Below are positions 38,691-51,190 of a stretch of 64,000 bases of DNA, in pieces. Numbering within the stretch: the first letter of the stretch is position 1; each line of letters starts with the position of its first letter. The translations under genes and the position numbers were made by a program. The notes below the pieces were generated by a model. The model was not told the DNA's origin. It did not search any database and saw only the letters and a program-made list of their open reading frames with translations. Origin of the DNA: Octopus sinensis (Eukaryota); contig NC_043002.1 in NCBI RefSeq assembly GCF_006345805.1, positions 119,536,001 through 119,600,000 on the forward strand, in the 5' to 3' direction.

Positions 38691-40854
38691 ATCTGTCTGT
38701 CTGTCAAATAGTACTATAGATCTATAGATGAATATACGTAAACCGCATACTTTTAAGATTTTGCATACTTATTCTGTATAAGGTAAATTAGTTGTTAGTG
38801 AACACCGACTCTATTTAGTGAAATGTCTCGCTTCTCGTGATCTGTTCGTCAGGTAAAAGTGTATCTCGAACTCAGTGATAATCTTGGAAAAGCCATCTAA
38901 ATAGACTTCACCCGTTGCTGTTTACTCACGATCTGGAAACATAATGCTTCGCTTTTCTGTGAATCAGTTTTATCGATCCCTGTCTTGGAACTTTTTATAC
39001 TTAGTTATTCAGCTACATCTATTTTTTTCTTTAAATGTGTATGATACATTTTCAGAGTCATATTTGGGAACCCTACTCAAGTCAGAAATACTCATTTGGG
39101 TAGTATCTTTGTTACAGACATTTACCCTTTGAACATTGGTTCCGATGCTTGCAGTGTGAACAATGATTGCCTACATATAAATAGGCTGGATTAAGAGTAA
39201 TTTGCTGTGATCGGCTTTAAAACAGTGTTGTATTAAAGCATTGTTGAGGGAACATGAGCTATTAATCTATAGTTCTTCATTCTAGTATTGTTGTTTTTTA
39301 GTCCTTGTTTGACTATGAGAGATGTACCTTGGATATCCTGGCATAATCTAACGCGTATCGGAATCGCTATTGTACTGGTCCTGTACAGATCGTACTTTCT
39401 GCTGGTTGTCTGATGAATTTTAAAACAAATTAGTCATGAGCATTTTAAGGTTGCATATAATGTATAATTATCCCCTGTGGAACACCTCATTGAAGTATTG
39501 CTGTGGCATTACGACTTCTACTATGCCAACCCCCCATTAGTGATCTTCATATCAGTTCTGTAAACTCAAAAGTTTTCCTCTTACTTCTCTCGTTGTTTCC
39601 AGTAGTGAGCCTTAACTTAGATATACCGCATTTCGAGATAAAATACTATAAAGCAGTTAACCCTAGTAAAATTCTTCCTAAATCCTACAAAAAAGATTTT
39701 CTTTGATCGAGGTAACATTCAGAAGACGCAAGACTAAAGATGCCGACACCATCTCATTTTTAGGGATATCTAGAGCCACATTTTCTGATGTCTCTTGTCC
39801 TTGCTTACAATAGGTCTGACTAGTTTGAGGAAGATTTGGCTGCTAGTTTGAGTGACCACGCAAGGATATCCTTGCCTTACTTCTTTTGTTCGGTAATTGA
39901 TCGATTCTTCCAGATATGACGCTATAAACATCTTAATATATAAAATAAGTTAACAACTCAGTCATTGTACCACCTTCTATAGGATTGATTATTGCTATTT
40001 ATTCCCCTTTCATGTTATTCATTCTACATTGGAATAACGATGATTCATTGTTCATATTTACTTGTTATCGTGTACTACTATTGTGCTAGATAGTTCAATG
40101 TCGGACTTCAGCTATAACAACTGTGAAAACAAAAGTCATACATAATCTTTTGCAATCAAGAAGTGATTCACGTGACAGAGCACCAGATTGGATATTTTGT
40201 TGCATTTAAGTTTCTTTCCACTTTTGATTTATAGCAATAATATCTCTAAAAATAAGTAGCGGTAATATTCCACAGAAAATCCAATCCACTATAGAGCATC
40301 CACAATAAAAATATCAATGTACATAGGCGTAAAAGAATTATATTTCATTGCGTAGAAATCTTCAAAATATAAGAGGTAAATCAAAAATAGTTAATTGTTA
40401 TTTTATTTTTATTAGGTTCGGAATACATGCAGTTCACACTTGCACAAATAACGGCGGAGCCTCTACGTAATTGTTTGATGGTAGTAGTGGTAGTAGTTGT
40501 GGTAATAGTAGTGGCAGCAGCAGCATCACCAGCAGTGTAGTAGTAGCAGTAGCAGCAGTATCATCATCATCATCATCAGCAGCACTGTAATAGCGTGTCA
40601 CTGCTATCACCATTTGTTGGCGATTCCTTATTCCTGGCGGATGATACCTTTTTAATCACTCAAGTGACAACCCTTTAACTAATGGGGTCTGTTTAGTTAG
40701 TCGATGCTGGTGAGGGTTTTACGAGATCGGGCTGCAAATCCTATCTTAGCCTCTTTTTCTCGCCTTTTACAATAAGCAGAGGAAATGTTGATCTTATTCT
40801 TTGAGAGGCCGGTCCTCACACATATAATCCATTTTACTATTATGTTTGAATATA

Positions 40855-41070
40855 AGGCTACGGGTTGCAGAATTGTTAACTCACCGGGGAAAATACTTAG
40901 CAGTATTTCATCCAGCTGTGAGTTCTAAATTCAAATGCTGCCGAGGTCTACATTGCCTTTCATCATTTCGGATCGATAAGATAAGTACTTGTTGAGTACT
41001 GGTGTCGATGTAATTGGTTTAATCTCTTCCCCTCAAGTGGCTGACCTGGTGACAAAATTTGAAACCATAA
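40855..41070 (+). mobile_element. degraded SINE family 3
   Basis: GCCGAGGTCTACATTGCCTTTCATCATTTCGGATCGATAAGATAAGTAC core. Confidence 0.7.
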
Positions 41071-42440
41071 TTATGTATGAATATACATAATACAAAGTAG
41101 TAATCCAGAAGTGATTTCAAACGACACAAAATACAAAACTGACAAATTCAGTTATAGGAATCTTTAAAAAATGTTATGTAAACGTAGGTTATTTCTGGTT
41201 CAGCAGACTTCTGAAACAAATGTTTCATATCTTGAGCATCTGGTTTTTCATTCAAGCACAACACAACCAGGACTTCATTCTCTAATATGTCCTTCCCTTT
41301 CTTCATAAACAATAGGAATGATTTGGGAGATATTTTGGTTGCTCTTTCTAACAGGGGTATTGTGGTTGCTCTCTCTAGCTTGTAGAAGCGATACATAATA
41401 TATTCTAATGTTTTGTTGACCTGATAAAGCTGTTCAGGATTTAAACGGTCTTATTAGATACCAAGATTATGAAACTGAGTGGTCAGATAAGAGTAAACAA
41501 TAACAAAGAGCAAGAGGCTTTAGCTCTTTGTATATCGTTATGGCTTTTGATCATACCTTAATGGAGTCATTACCTATTTTAGCAGCTAATTGTTAATTAC
41601 TCTGACTGAATTTAATGAGTGTTTACTTGGCTGTATTCAACCAAACTTTGTACACACTGTTTATTTCTCTTTGGTATCAAGATTTCCACGTGTATCCCCA
41701 CCAAGCCACTTTCGTGACGACTGGAGTTGTTATCATTGTTTAAATCTGAACTAAATTACATACATAAACATGTCACTGTGATAGACAAGAGAGAGAGAGA
41801 GAGAGGGGAGGAAGAGAGAGGGGAAAGAGAGGGATAGAGAAAGCGAGACGGAGAGAGAGAGAGAGAGAGAGTGAGCGAGAGAAAAAATATTAGAGAATTT
41901 GAAAGGATAGATAACAAATTAGTCAGGCAGGATGAGTTGATATATAGCATTGGGATTTAGGAGCAGAGGAAAGAATGAAAGAGAAGATAATAGAAAGAGA
42001 AGATAATAGAAAGAGAAAGAAGAAAACACTGAGGGGGAGTCAGAGAGAAAGAGAGAGAAAATTGAAGAGGAAGAAGAATACGGGAAGCAGTGTCTGAGAG
42101 AAAAGTGAGTGGTAATTAGGAACTAAGAAAGTTGAGATAAACGACGCAGAGAGAGGAAATAAAAAAGAAATATAAAAAGTGAAGTAAGAGGGAGAGAGAG
42201 AGAAAGGGCAGGGGAGAGAGGAGAGAGAGAGAGAGTGGGATTTAAGAGAGGACAGAAGTTGAGATGAGAAGTTGAATGTAAATAGAGTGGGACAGGGTGG
42301 GTGGAGGCATGGCTCAGCAAAGGAGTTTGTTTCACAACCACGTAGACCCAGGGTCAATCCCGCTGGATGGGTGCGTGGGTGCGTGGTGTATTTCGAACAT
42401 CGCTCTTCAATACGAGCAATGCCGTTTGGGTATGTATATA

Positions 42441-42478
<38 letters not shown>

Positions 42479-42602
42479 TAAACAATTTAGGAATGGCCTT
42501 AATAGGCCATTCGTCCACTAGAGAGAGCAGCCATAACTCAAACCGCTAAGTAGTAGTAATTCAGAAATTAGGTGAAAATTTTAAAACGTTTACCCTAATT
42601 CA

Positions 42603-42703
42603 TCTTTATACGATGCATCGTTTCGGTGTTTTTAATGGTAAAATTAGCTTAATTAAATTAAAATTAAGCTAATCTACCATGGGTAACACTTCATCAGTAA
42701 AGA
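42603..42703 (-). ncRNA. type I hammerhead ribozyme (family D, copy 2)
   Basis: TCTTTA-CTGATGA-A-GTGTT..ATTAGCTTAATT/AATTAAGCTAAT..AACAC-C-GAA-ACGATGCATCGT-A-TAAAGA; GUA site. Confidence 0.9.
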
Positions 42704-42984
42704 AACCGGGGAGAGACTGATAAACACGAGGCGTCTGTATCAATGCCTACGGAATATCTGTCTTAAAATTTTCAAGACAATCGTATTCGCGCCAACTTAT
42801 CAGCAGTAAATATAAACTGCCGATTCAATCTCAGAATTAGTCAGAAAATTATCAATTAATCAATTTAGGGTAGCAAAAAATTCAATAGAAATTTATCGCT
42901 ACCAGCGACCTAGTGGGAAAAAGCAAATAGTCAAAGACTAAATATATAAAAATTAAATATATATATATATATATATATATCGTA

Positions 42985-43195
42985 TATTTTCATTTGTCTT
43001 GCATTTGAGAACATATTCTTTGTGGAAAATAGCGATTTGACGTCTATATCTAACATGTTGACCGTCCACTTTTAGTGGTCAGCTCTTTAAATTTTGTATG
43101 TAAAACTATTTTAATCTTCGGATTTTTTTAATATGCTGGGCCACTGGTTTTAATTGATTAATATCAATTTCCACCCTTATTAAATTTTAATTTAT
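42985..43195 (+). mobile_element. PLE-like tail family A fragment between (TA)n runs
   Basis: homologous to 4485-4745. Confidence 0.65.
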
Positions 43196-43227
43196 ATATA
43201 TATATATAATATATATATATATATATC

Positions 43228-43274
<47 letters not shown>

Positions 43275-43275
43275 C

Positions 43276-43455
43276 AGGCGTAGGAGTGGCTGTGTGGTGA
43301 GTAGCTTGCTTACCAACCACATGGTTCCGGGTTCAGTCCCACTGCGTGGCACCTTGGGCAAGTGTCTTCTACTATAAACTCGGGCCGACCAATGTCTTGT
43401 GAGTGGATTTGGTAGACAGAAACTGAAAGAAGCTCGTCGTATATATGTATATATG

Positions 43456-43496
<41 letters not shown>

Positions 43497-43670
43497 TTGT
43501 GTGTCTGTCTCCCCCTAACATCGCTTGACAACCGATGCTGGTATATTTACGTCCCCCGTAACTTAGCGGTTCGGCAAAAGAGACCGATAGAATAAATACT
43601 AGGTTTACAAAGAATAAGACCCCAGGGTCGATTTCCTCCAGCATGACTGAAACAAGTAAAAGAGTAAAAG
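43276..43670 (+). mobile_element. SINE family 2
   Basis: consensus match with a small 3' deletion. Confidence 0.9.
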
Positions 43671-43767
43671 ATATATATAAATTGTATTTTGGGTATGTCT
43701 CTAGTGACGCCCTATCTGGCGTTATCCTATCTGGATCTACGTTAGGAATTCCTCGGTACACGTTGGG

Positions 43768-44236
43768 TATATTCTAAACAAATAATAGGGAAACTGAGTA
43801 TGCTAGAGACTTCATTTATCACAACGATCGTTTCGGCATAATTCTGCACTGCTTCCTGGTGGGTGGGGGACAGTATAATGAATTCCAATGCACCCCACGG
43901 TACAGAAATGCCTCATCTGGTGACAACAGGATTCCAAATTACATAAGTTACATCTCACTCTGTAGGCTTAGCTAGATGATGTTGGTAGTAGTCGCAATTC
44001 AAATACACCAACGATGAATGAGGAATGGAGAATGCCTGTGGTATGGTTTATATGACTTATGTAGTTTGGAATCCTGTAACGTCCCATGATAAAATATTTC
44101 TGCACTGTGGGGTGCATAGGAATTCATTATACTGTTCCACAACCACAAGTGAGTAATGCAGAATTATACCGAAACGATCGTTGTTATAAATAAAGTTTCC
44201 AGCGTACTTTGTTTTCCGTATTAGTTATTTAGAGTA
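43768..44236. repeat. diverged long inverted repeat (~180-bp arms); each arm has a decayed hammerhead 3' half (GAAACGATCGT)
   Basis: 43768-43950 vs reverse complement of 44055-44236; similar tail at 55880-55950. Confidence 0.8.
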
Positions 44237-44351
44237 ATATATATATGTATATATTATATATATATATATATAGATATATATATATATATGTGTGTATATA
44301 TATGTATATATATATATATGTATGTATGTATATATATGTATATATATATAT

Positions 44352-44389
<38 letters not shown>

Positions 44390-44399
44390 CAATATATAG

Positions 44400-44608
44400 C
44401 AACAAATTATATTTCACGTTGCTCCAGTTCACTCAGCTGTATCGGTCATTGCTTTCCTATTGGAAACATCGACGGTGTGAAGAGGAGAGTCTGGAATGCA
44501 TGGGTGATTGCTGGTCTTCTATAAAATAACCTTGTGCTGACTTGTGCCTCGGGTGGAAATTTCCTTGTGGCAATCCCATGCTCATTCGTGACTGAAGCGG
44601 TCTGTTCG

Positions 44609-44610
<2 letters not shown>
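44400..44610 (+). mobile_element. SINE family 4, 3' part
   Basis: TTTCACGTTGCTCCAGTTCACTCAGCTG core. Confidence 0.65.
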
Positions 44611-44655
<45 letters not shown>

Positions 44656-44663
<8 letters not shown>

Positions 44664-44979
44664 CAAATCAAATTTCAGCTGTACCTCGGAAAATCTAATC
44701 TATGCCATTCCATGCTTAGGGTGTGGTAATAATTATATTGGCCAAACAGGAATATCTCTCCGTCGAAGAACCACTCTCCACAAAGAACAAATCCGCCACC
44801 CACAATTCAGACAGATACAGGTTAGTGAACACATAGTAAGGTATGCTCGGAATCTCAATCCTAATTTCCTAATTTTCCCATTCTGTCAATGTTCAAAGAA
44901 CACCTCAGTACAACAAAGAATAAATAGAGAGACAACTTTCATAAAAAAATATCTTCCACAACTCAATATGAACACATAA
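44656..44979 (+). pseudogene. Penelope-like GIY-YIG endonuclease domain, 5'-truncated, open to its stop
   Basis: FSCTSENLIYAIPCLGCGNNYIGQTG..RRRTTLHK..SEH..RINRETTFIKKYLPQLN*. Confidence 0.9.
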
Positions 44980-45432
44980 CATAATACAGAACACTACTAA
45001 CCTTTCAATTAATACCACTAACCCCCATACATCCCATACACCATTCACATTACAGATCTATACCTTCCCTAATTGCACCAAATCCAGAACTACTTAATCG
45101 TTTTATTCAGGGACTAGTAGACGCGACACCGTTCATTAATCAGTCTGCATTCAAAACAATGATTAGTAAATTCACGAAATCGGTATGCTTTTGAATCTCT
45201 TTAACAATTCACAATAATGACTTTTATTACTTTTATTCCTACCTCAGTTCATCTAATTGTATATATCTATCGTTACATTTCATAAAAAAGCTTTTGCCTT
45301 TTTTGATTTCCAATGTGCATTTTCGCTTATTTTTCTTCTTACTTTCTTCTTACATTTCCACGTGTAGTTTCTATTTTCTTTTAGTAACATATTTCTATCA
45401 TATGTACATACACACACACACAATGGCCCAAT

Positions 45433-45741
45433 GGCGCAATGGCCCAATGGTTAGGGCAGCGGACTCGCGGTTGTAGGATCGCGGATTAGATTCCCTGACC
45501 GGGCGTTGTGAGTGTTTACTGAGCAAAAACACCTAAACCTCCACAAGGCTTCGGCAGGGGATGGTGGTGATCTCTGCTGTACTCTTTCACCACAACTTTC
45601 TCCCACTCTTTCTTCTGTTGGCCTGCTCGCTTAGCCAGCGGGGTGGCGTCATTTGAAGACTAAAACAATGCGAAGCGTATTGTGACTAGCGATGTGTAAC
45701 AACATCTGATAGCCTGGTCGGTCACAGTCGTCACGGTGATA
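45433..45741 (+). mobile_element. SINE family 1, tail variant C
   Basis: shared head, distinct tail GGCCTGCTCGCTTAGCCAGC..GGTCGGTCAC. Confidence 0.88.
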
Positions 45742-45863
45742 CACACACATACACACACACACATATATATATATACATACATATATGTATTAAAATATAT
45801 ACACATACATACATACATATATATATATATAATATATATATTATTATATATATATGTATGTAT

Positions 45864-46164
45864 CACGTGATCATGTAACCGACCAGGCTATAGATGTTGC
45901 TACACATCACTGGTCACAATGCGCTTCGCATTGTTTTAGCCTCCAAATGACGCCACCACGGTGGCTAAGCGAGCAGGCCAACTGAAGAATGACTGAGAAA
46001 AAGTTGTGGCGAAATAATATAGGAGGGATCGCCACCCCAGCCCCGCTGAGCTCGTAGTGCTTTTAGGTGTTTTCGCTCAATAAACACTCACAACGCCCGC
46101 TCTGGGGATCGAAATCGCGATCCTACGTCCGCAAGTGCCTGCCGGTACGCCTGGGCTATGCGCC
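45864..46164 (-). mobile_element. SINE family 1, tail variant C, inverted relative to 45433
   Basis: reverse complement aligns with 45433-45741. Confidence 0.88.
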
Positions 46165-46169
46165 CCATA

Positions 46170-46244
<75 letters not shown>

Positions 46245-46443
46245 ATATATAATATATATATATTATATTATATACTTTATTTAAGCACAGAAAATTCACA
46301 AAACCTGTTACTCTGAGTTCCCGTTGCCGTTCATCGTACACTTTTTGAATTTTCTGCTGCTTTAAAGAAAGCATATTACTCTACCACTGGTATTTGAGTA
46401 CTCTTTTTTCCACCTTGTTTCACATTTATGTGTTTACTACTCC

Positions 46444-46494
<51 letters not shown>

Positions 46495-46501
46495 TATATC
46501 A

Positions 46502-46555
<54 letters not shown>

Positions 46556-47154
46556 AACATATATACACACACACACACACATTTGTATTATCAATACGTG
46601 TGTACGTGTGTTTATGTGAATGCATGTATGTGTGTGTAAATCGGAAGAAGATATTCTTTCCAAGATCTTATATTAAGAACGTGCCTATTTCGAAACCAAT
46701 AATTTAAAGAGTTCCTCGTATTTCCGTATAAAACTTTACTGTTTAGATTGAAACACCTGTGTTTTTTAGTATGTAACTGCATAAATGTTTCAAAATCTCC
46801 GCAAGGCCATCGCCAGAATTTCGCCAAAGCTGGGTTTTCAGAAAGAATACAACAGCAAGTTTTGATAAATTTCATTATCTACTTTAACTGCGCTGTATCG
46901 GTGTATAGAACTTCGGTTTATATTTCGCTAATAGTAAAATATTCCATAGTTATTTTCTCATTTTTTCGTTTGTGTAATTCTGTATTCAATTATAATGTTG
47001 TCAACTCAGGTTTTCTTCTCTAATTTTATTTCGTGTAGTGTCTTACAATGATTTACAACGGTTCTTTGCTATAAATGCATAATGAAGAGAAAGTATCATA
47101 ATTGCTTGGGTCATGAGTTTTGCAACTTTCATGTTTATACTGAAATTTATAAAA

Positions 47155-48246
47155 TCTATATATATAAAACTCAATTTGTTTGTCTGTGTGTGTATCTGTG
47201 TGTGTGTGTGTCTGTGTGTTTAACTTCCCGGCACATCTCCTACTAGCCAACAAATCGTAGAACCACCAAAAATGGGTCACTTAAAGTTTAGGCGAATGAA
47301 AATTGAACTGCGCTATATCTGTTCCGAAATTCATCTCGCAAGTGCAAAAATCGATAATGTGTTTGTTTAGGCCTTATCCCATGCATTGAATAGTGAACTT
47401 TACTCAGTCAGCTGTTTGACGTGAACTGTAAATTGCATGAAAAATAAAAAACAAGTTATAAAAATGAATCGCTGCAAACATTGTAGAAATTCGGCAAAGA
47501 AATGAATTTTGGGATGTAGCCTGGAGGGTTTTTTCGTATTAATCGTTTGGACTTTGTGAACACATACCAATTGTTTTCATAACATTTTTAACGCTTTGAA
47601 TTAAATGTGACCATTTTGCGTTGAGTCTGCAGTTTGAATCACTTTAACTAAATTTTAGCAGGCCGGATTTTTGATCATCACGATACATCGCCAGCGACTC
47701 CCTGAAACTCTCCTCTGAAATCCCCGTTGATAAATCTATATATATAAAACTCAACTTGTGTGTCTGTGTGTGTATTCTGTGTGTGTGTCTGTGTGTTTAA
47801 CTTTTGAATCTATCAAGTTTCATTATTAAGGATGGAAAGTAGTGTGTAGTAAATCTATATATATATAAAGCTGAAGTTGTCTGTGTGTGGCAGGTTTGGT
47901 AGCCTTCAACTAACACTATCTCCTTCGAGACCCTGCAGCGTAAGTTGACCAAAATTAAGAGTCTGATAGAAGAAGGCTTGCTCTTCATTCTGTAGAAAAT
48001 AAAATTCAAATCGGACCATGTTAACACCAAAAATTATTTACATCAAAAAGGTGCTTTTTTTCTATGAAAATCCCTATTTTTTTTACGATTTTTGACTGCT
48101 GTGTCACCATTTTTCGGTGTATTTCAACTGGAAAAATGTTCACTTGAAGAGAATAACAAGTTGCATAATGCAGAAATTTTACTTTTCAAAAATTCCAATT
48201 CTAAAGGGTCGAAACAAAATCAAGCAACACCGGGTGATACTGCTAG
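47155..48246 (+). mobile_element. Helitron-type cluster: three 5' ends (47155, ~47735, 47854), one 3' end
   Basis: TCTATATATATAAA 5' motif three times; 3' AAGCAACACCGGG..CTGCTAG. Confidence 0.65.
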
Positions 48247-48309
48247 TATGAGATGAAAATATTTCCATAACCTTTTCGGGTCGACAGCAAAACAACACTT
48301 ATGCATGCA

Positions 48310-48363
<54 letters not shown>

Positions 48364-48821
48364 CTTTCTGTCAGTCTGTCTGTCTGTCTATCTATCACTA
48401 TAGCTGTCTAACTATCAGTGTACACACACAAACACACACTCTCTCTCTCTAGCTATCTATCTCCCTCTCACACACATACACACTAACATAAACATCCATC
48501 GGACTGGTACTGTGTAAGTGTATGCATGTGATACGTCTGACAGATGTAGAAATCAATGATAGGTATAAACATCGCTAAAATACCGACAGACTGAATTTCG
48601 TACAAAAAGTAACCTTTGTATTTCTCGGAACTCGATTTAAACATGTCTTCTCTTGCCACTCCCGCCGTCTGGAAATGCTGTGATTGGTTCATGGAATACC
48701 TATAGCCACGGCATAATTATGGAAACAATGTGATATGAAATAAAGTAATTCTACAAGAGAAAGAAGGGAAGAAGGAAAGAGTTATTGTTGTATATGATAG
48801 AAAGGAAGAAAACATATATAA

Positions 48822-48852
<31 letters not shown>

Positions 48853-49292
48853 GAGAGTGAGAAAGAGAGAAGGGAGAGGGACAGCGAGTAAGAAAGAGAA
48901 TATGGAGAACGAGAATCAAAGTTTAATACAAACAGGGCGAAAAAACAAGAAATGGAAATGGTGCAGTGAAAATCCCAGGGCTGGAAAAAAGGAAAAGTAA
49001 GAGAGAGAGAGAGGGTGGAAGAGAGAAAGAAATATACAGTGAGTGAGTGAAACTAGAGTGAGAGGAAAAGATAAAGAGATAGAAATAAAAACTGAAATTG
49101 AAGAAAGGAGGATAGAATAGAGAGTGTATATGAAAAGTATAGAGATTGCTGCAGAGGCATAGAAGATGGAGTGAGGGCCAGAAAAACAAATATAAAATGA
49201 AATATTCAAATCAAATGTAGATATATAGATAAGCATATAACTGGGTATTTAGACAGACAGAGAGACAGAGAGACAGAGAGACATACAGACAA

Positions 49293-49327
<35 letters not shown>

Positions 49328-49328
<1 letters not shown>

Positions 49329-49713
49329 GTTTCTTTATTGGCCACACAGGGCTGCACACAGATGGGACAAATTACAAGGTAGAGCTTTTCTTTTGGGGGA
49401 TGAAAAAAAACAAAAAAAACAAAAGAACAAAAGAAACAAAAAAAGTGGCGTAGGTTTTCGATCAAAAGGGATCGTAAAAGGGAAAAAAGAAAAGAAAAGA
49501 AAAAAAGGAAAAGAAACAAAAGAAAAGAAAAAGGAAAAAAGAAGAAAAAAGAGGAAAAAAGGGGAAGAGGAAAAGAAACGATCAATAGGGATCGTGTATC
49601 ACAGTGTCATGATGTACGGTGTAAAGGGGGAACATATAAGGTTTATCCGTGGGAAAAAAAGCCTACGAAAAAGACCACGGAAACCTCGGTCAATATTGTT
49701 ATATGTTACCACA
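49328..49713 (-). mobile_element. 5'-truncated Tx1 family copy flanked by (GATA)n on both sides
   Basis: reverse complement of the family 3' end; short GATA run at ~49290-49327 and long array at 49715-50100. Confidence 0.9.
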
Positions 49714-49714
49714 T

Positions 49715-49718
49715 AGAC

Positions 49719-49762
<44 letters not shown>

Positions 49763-49763
49763 C

Positions 49764-49812
<49 letters not shown>

Positions 49813-49813
49813 G

Positions 49814-49874
<61 letters not shown>

Positions 49875-49875
49875 C

Positions 49876-49917
<42 letters not shown>

Positions 49918-49918
49918 C

Positions 49919-49950
<32 letters not shown>

Positions 49951-49951
49951 C

Positions 49952-49986
<35 letters not shown>

Positions 49987-50073
49987 GGATAGATAGATAG
50001 ATAGATAGATAGATGGATAGATAGATAGATAGATAGATAGATGGATAGATAGATAGATAGATAGATAGATGGA

Positions 50074-50100
<27 letters not shown>
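49715..50100. repeat. (GATA)n array
   Basis: direct reading. Confidence 0.95.
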
Positions 50101-50107
<7 letters not shown>

Positions 50108-50655
50108 AACAGGCAGAGACAGTTGAATATGCTGCAAACAAAACAAAGGCACATTTCACACGCGCACAAGCATTATGTAAGTCTAAACGTATAATCAGTT
50201 ATATATATATCTATTAAATTGAACGTGCGTAGAGATATATGCTTGTACTCATTCTCTATTTGTTTGTCTGTCTATCTGTCTGTCTGTCTGTCTCTCTCTC
50301 TCTATATATATATGTGTGTATATATATGTGGGTAGCTGTATCAAACTCCATTCTTCACCAAGTGTCACATATTAGAGGAGGCTCTTAGTAATAACAGTGT
50401 AGCAAAACGGCGGTGCATCAGCATGGCCGCAGCTCTGAGCTGAAACTAGAAAGAAAAGAAATTATAATATAGGTGGCTATTAGCAATTAAAACCTAAAAG
50501 CAAATTATCACACAAGGTTACAAAAAGTATCGGCATTGCTAGAAATAAGAGTAAAAAATGACTCGAATAGCCAGACAAAGCATTAACCTCATGAGTTGAC
50601 GAAAAGCGAGGGAGGGAGCTAAAGCAACTTTATATATATATGTACATATATATAT

Positions 50656-50706
<51 letters not shown>

Positions 50707-50718
50707 ATATATATATAT

Positions 50719-50990
50719 ACTTGCAGAGATACCCGGCGTTGCCCGTGTTACATTCAATTGAGAATTAGACTTTTCTGTTATATTTTCTGTAATGAACTGG
50801 AATACCTATGTTTCGAATTTCATCAAAATTGCAGATGAGGGTTATTTCCCTCTTTACACACCCTAAAAAAATTGTAATCATGCCACATGTATCCCATACT
50901 ACTGATTTTTATGTGCATATTCCAAAATTCCAGTCTTATTGAACCTGTTAAAAGGATTTTGCACCTGAAAAATGAAGGTCATGGAGCTCT
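50719..50990 (-). mobile_element. Helitron-type element, 3' end
   Basis: minus strand CACGGGCAACGCCGGGTATCTCTGCAAGTA; inner boundary uncertain. Confidence 0.5.
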
Positions 50991-51146
50991 AAAATGTGAG
51001 AGAAAGAAAAACACCTAATAACGCGCAAATTTTTTCAGCAAGAGGAACAGTGAAAATATGTAAGACTTTTCTAAAATTCGGCATATAACCTTTTATTGTC
51101 ATTCCAGTTAAGAAAACAATCCCTTCTTTACACACACACGCACACG

Positions 51147-51190
<44 letters not shown>

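Noticed and set aside
41148-41396. 82-aa minus-strand ORF in unique DNA
   Set aside because: No recognisable domain or convincing splice sites, and it contains an internal ~24-nt duplication
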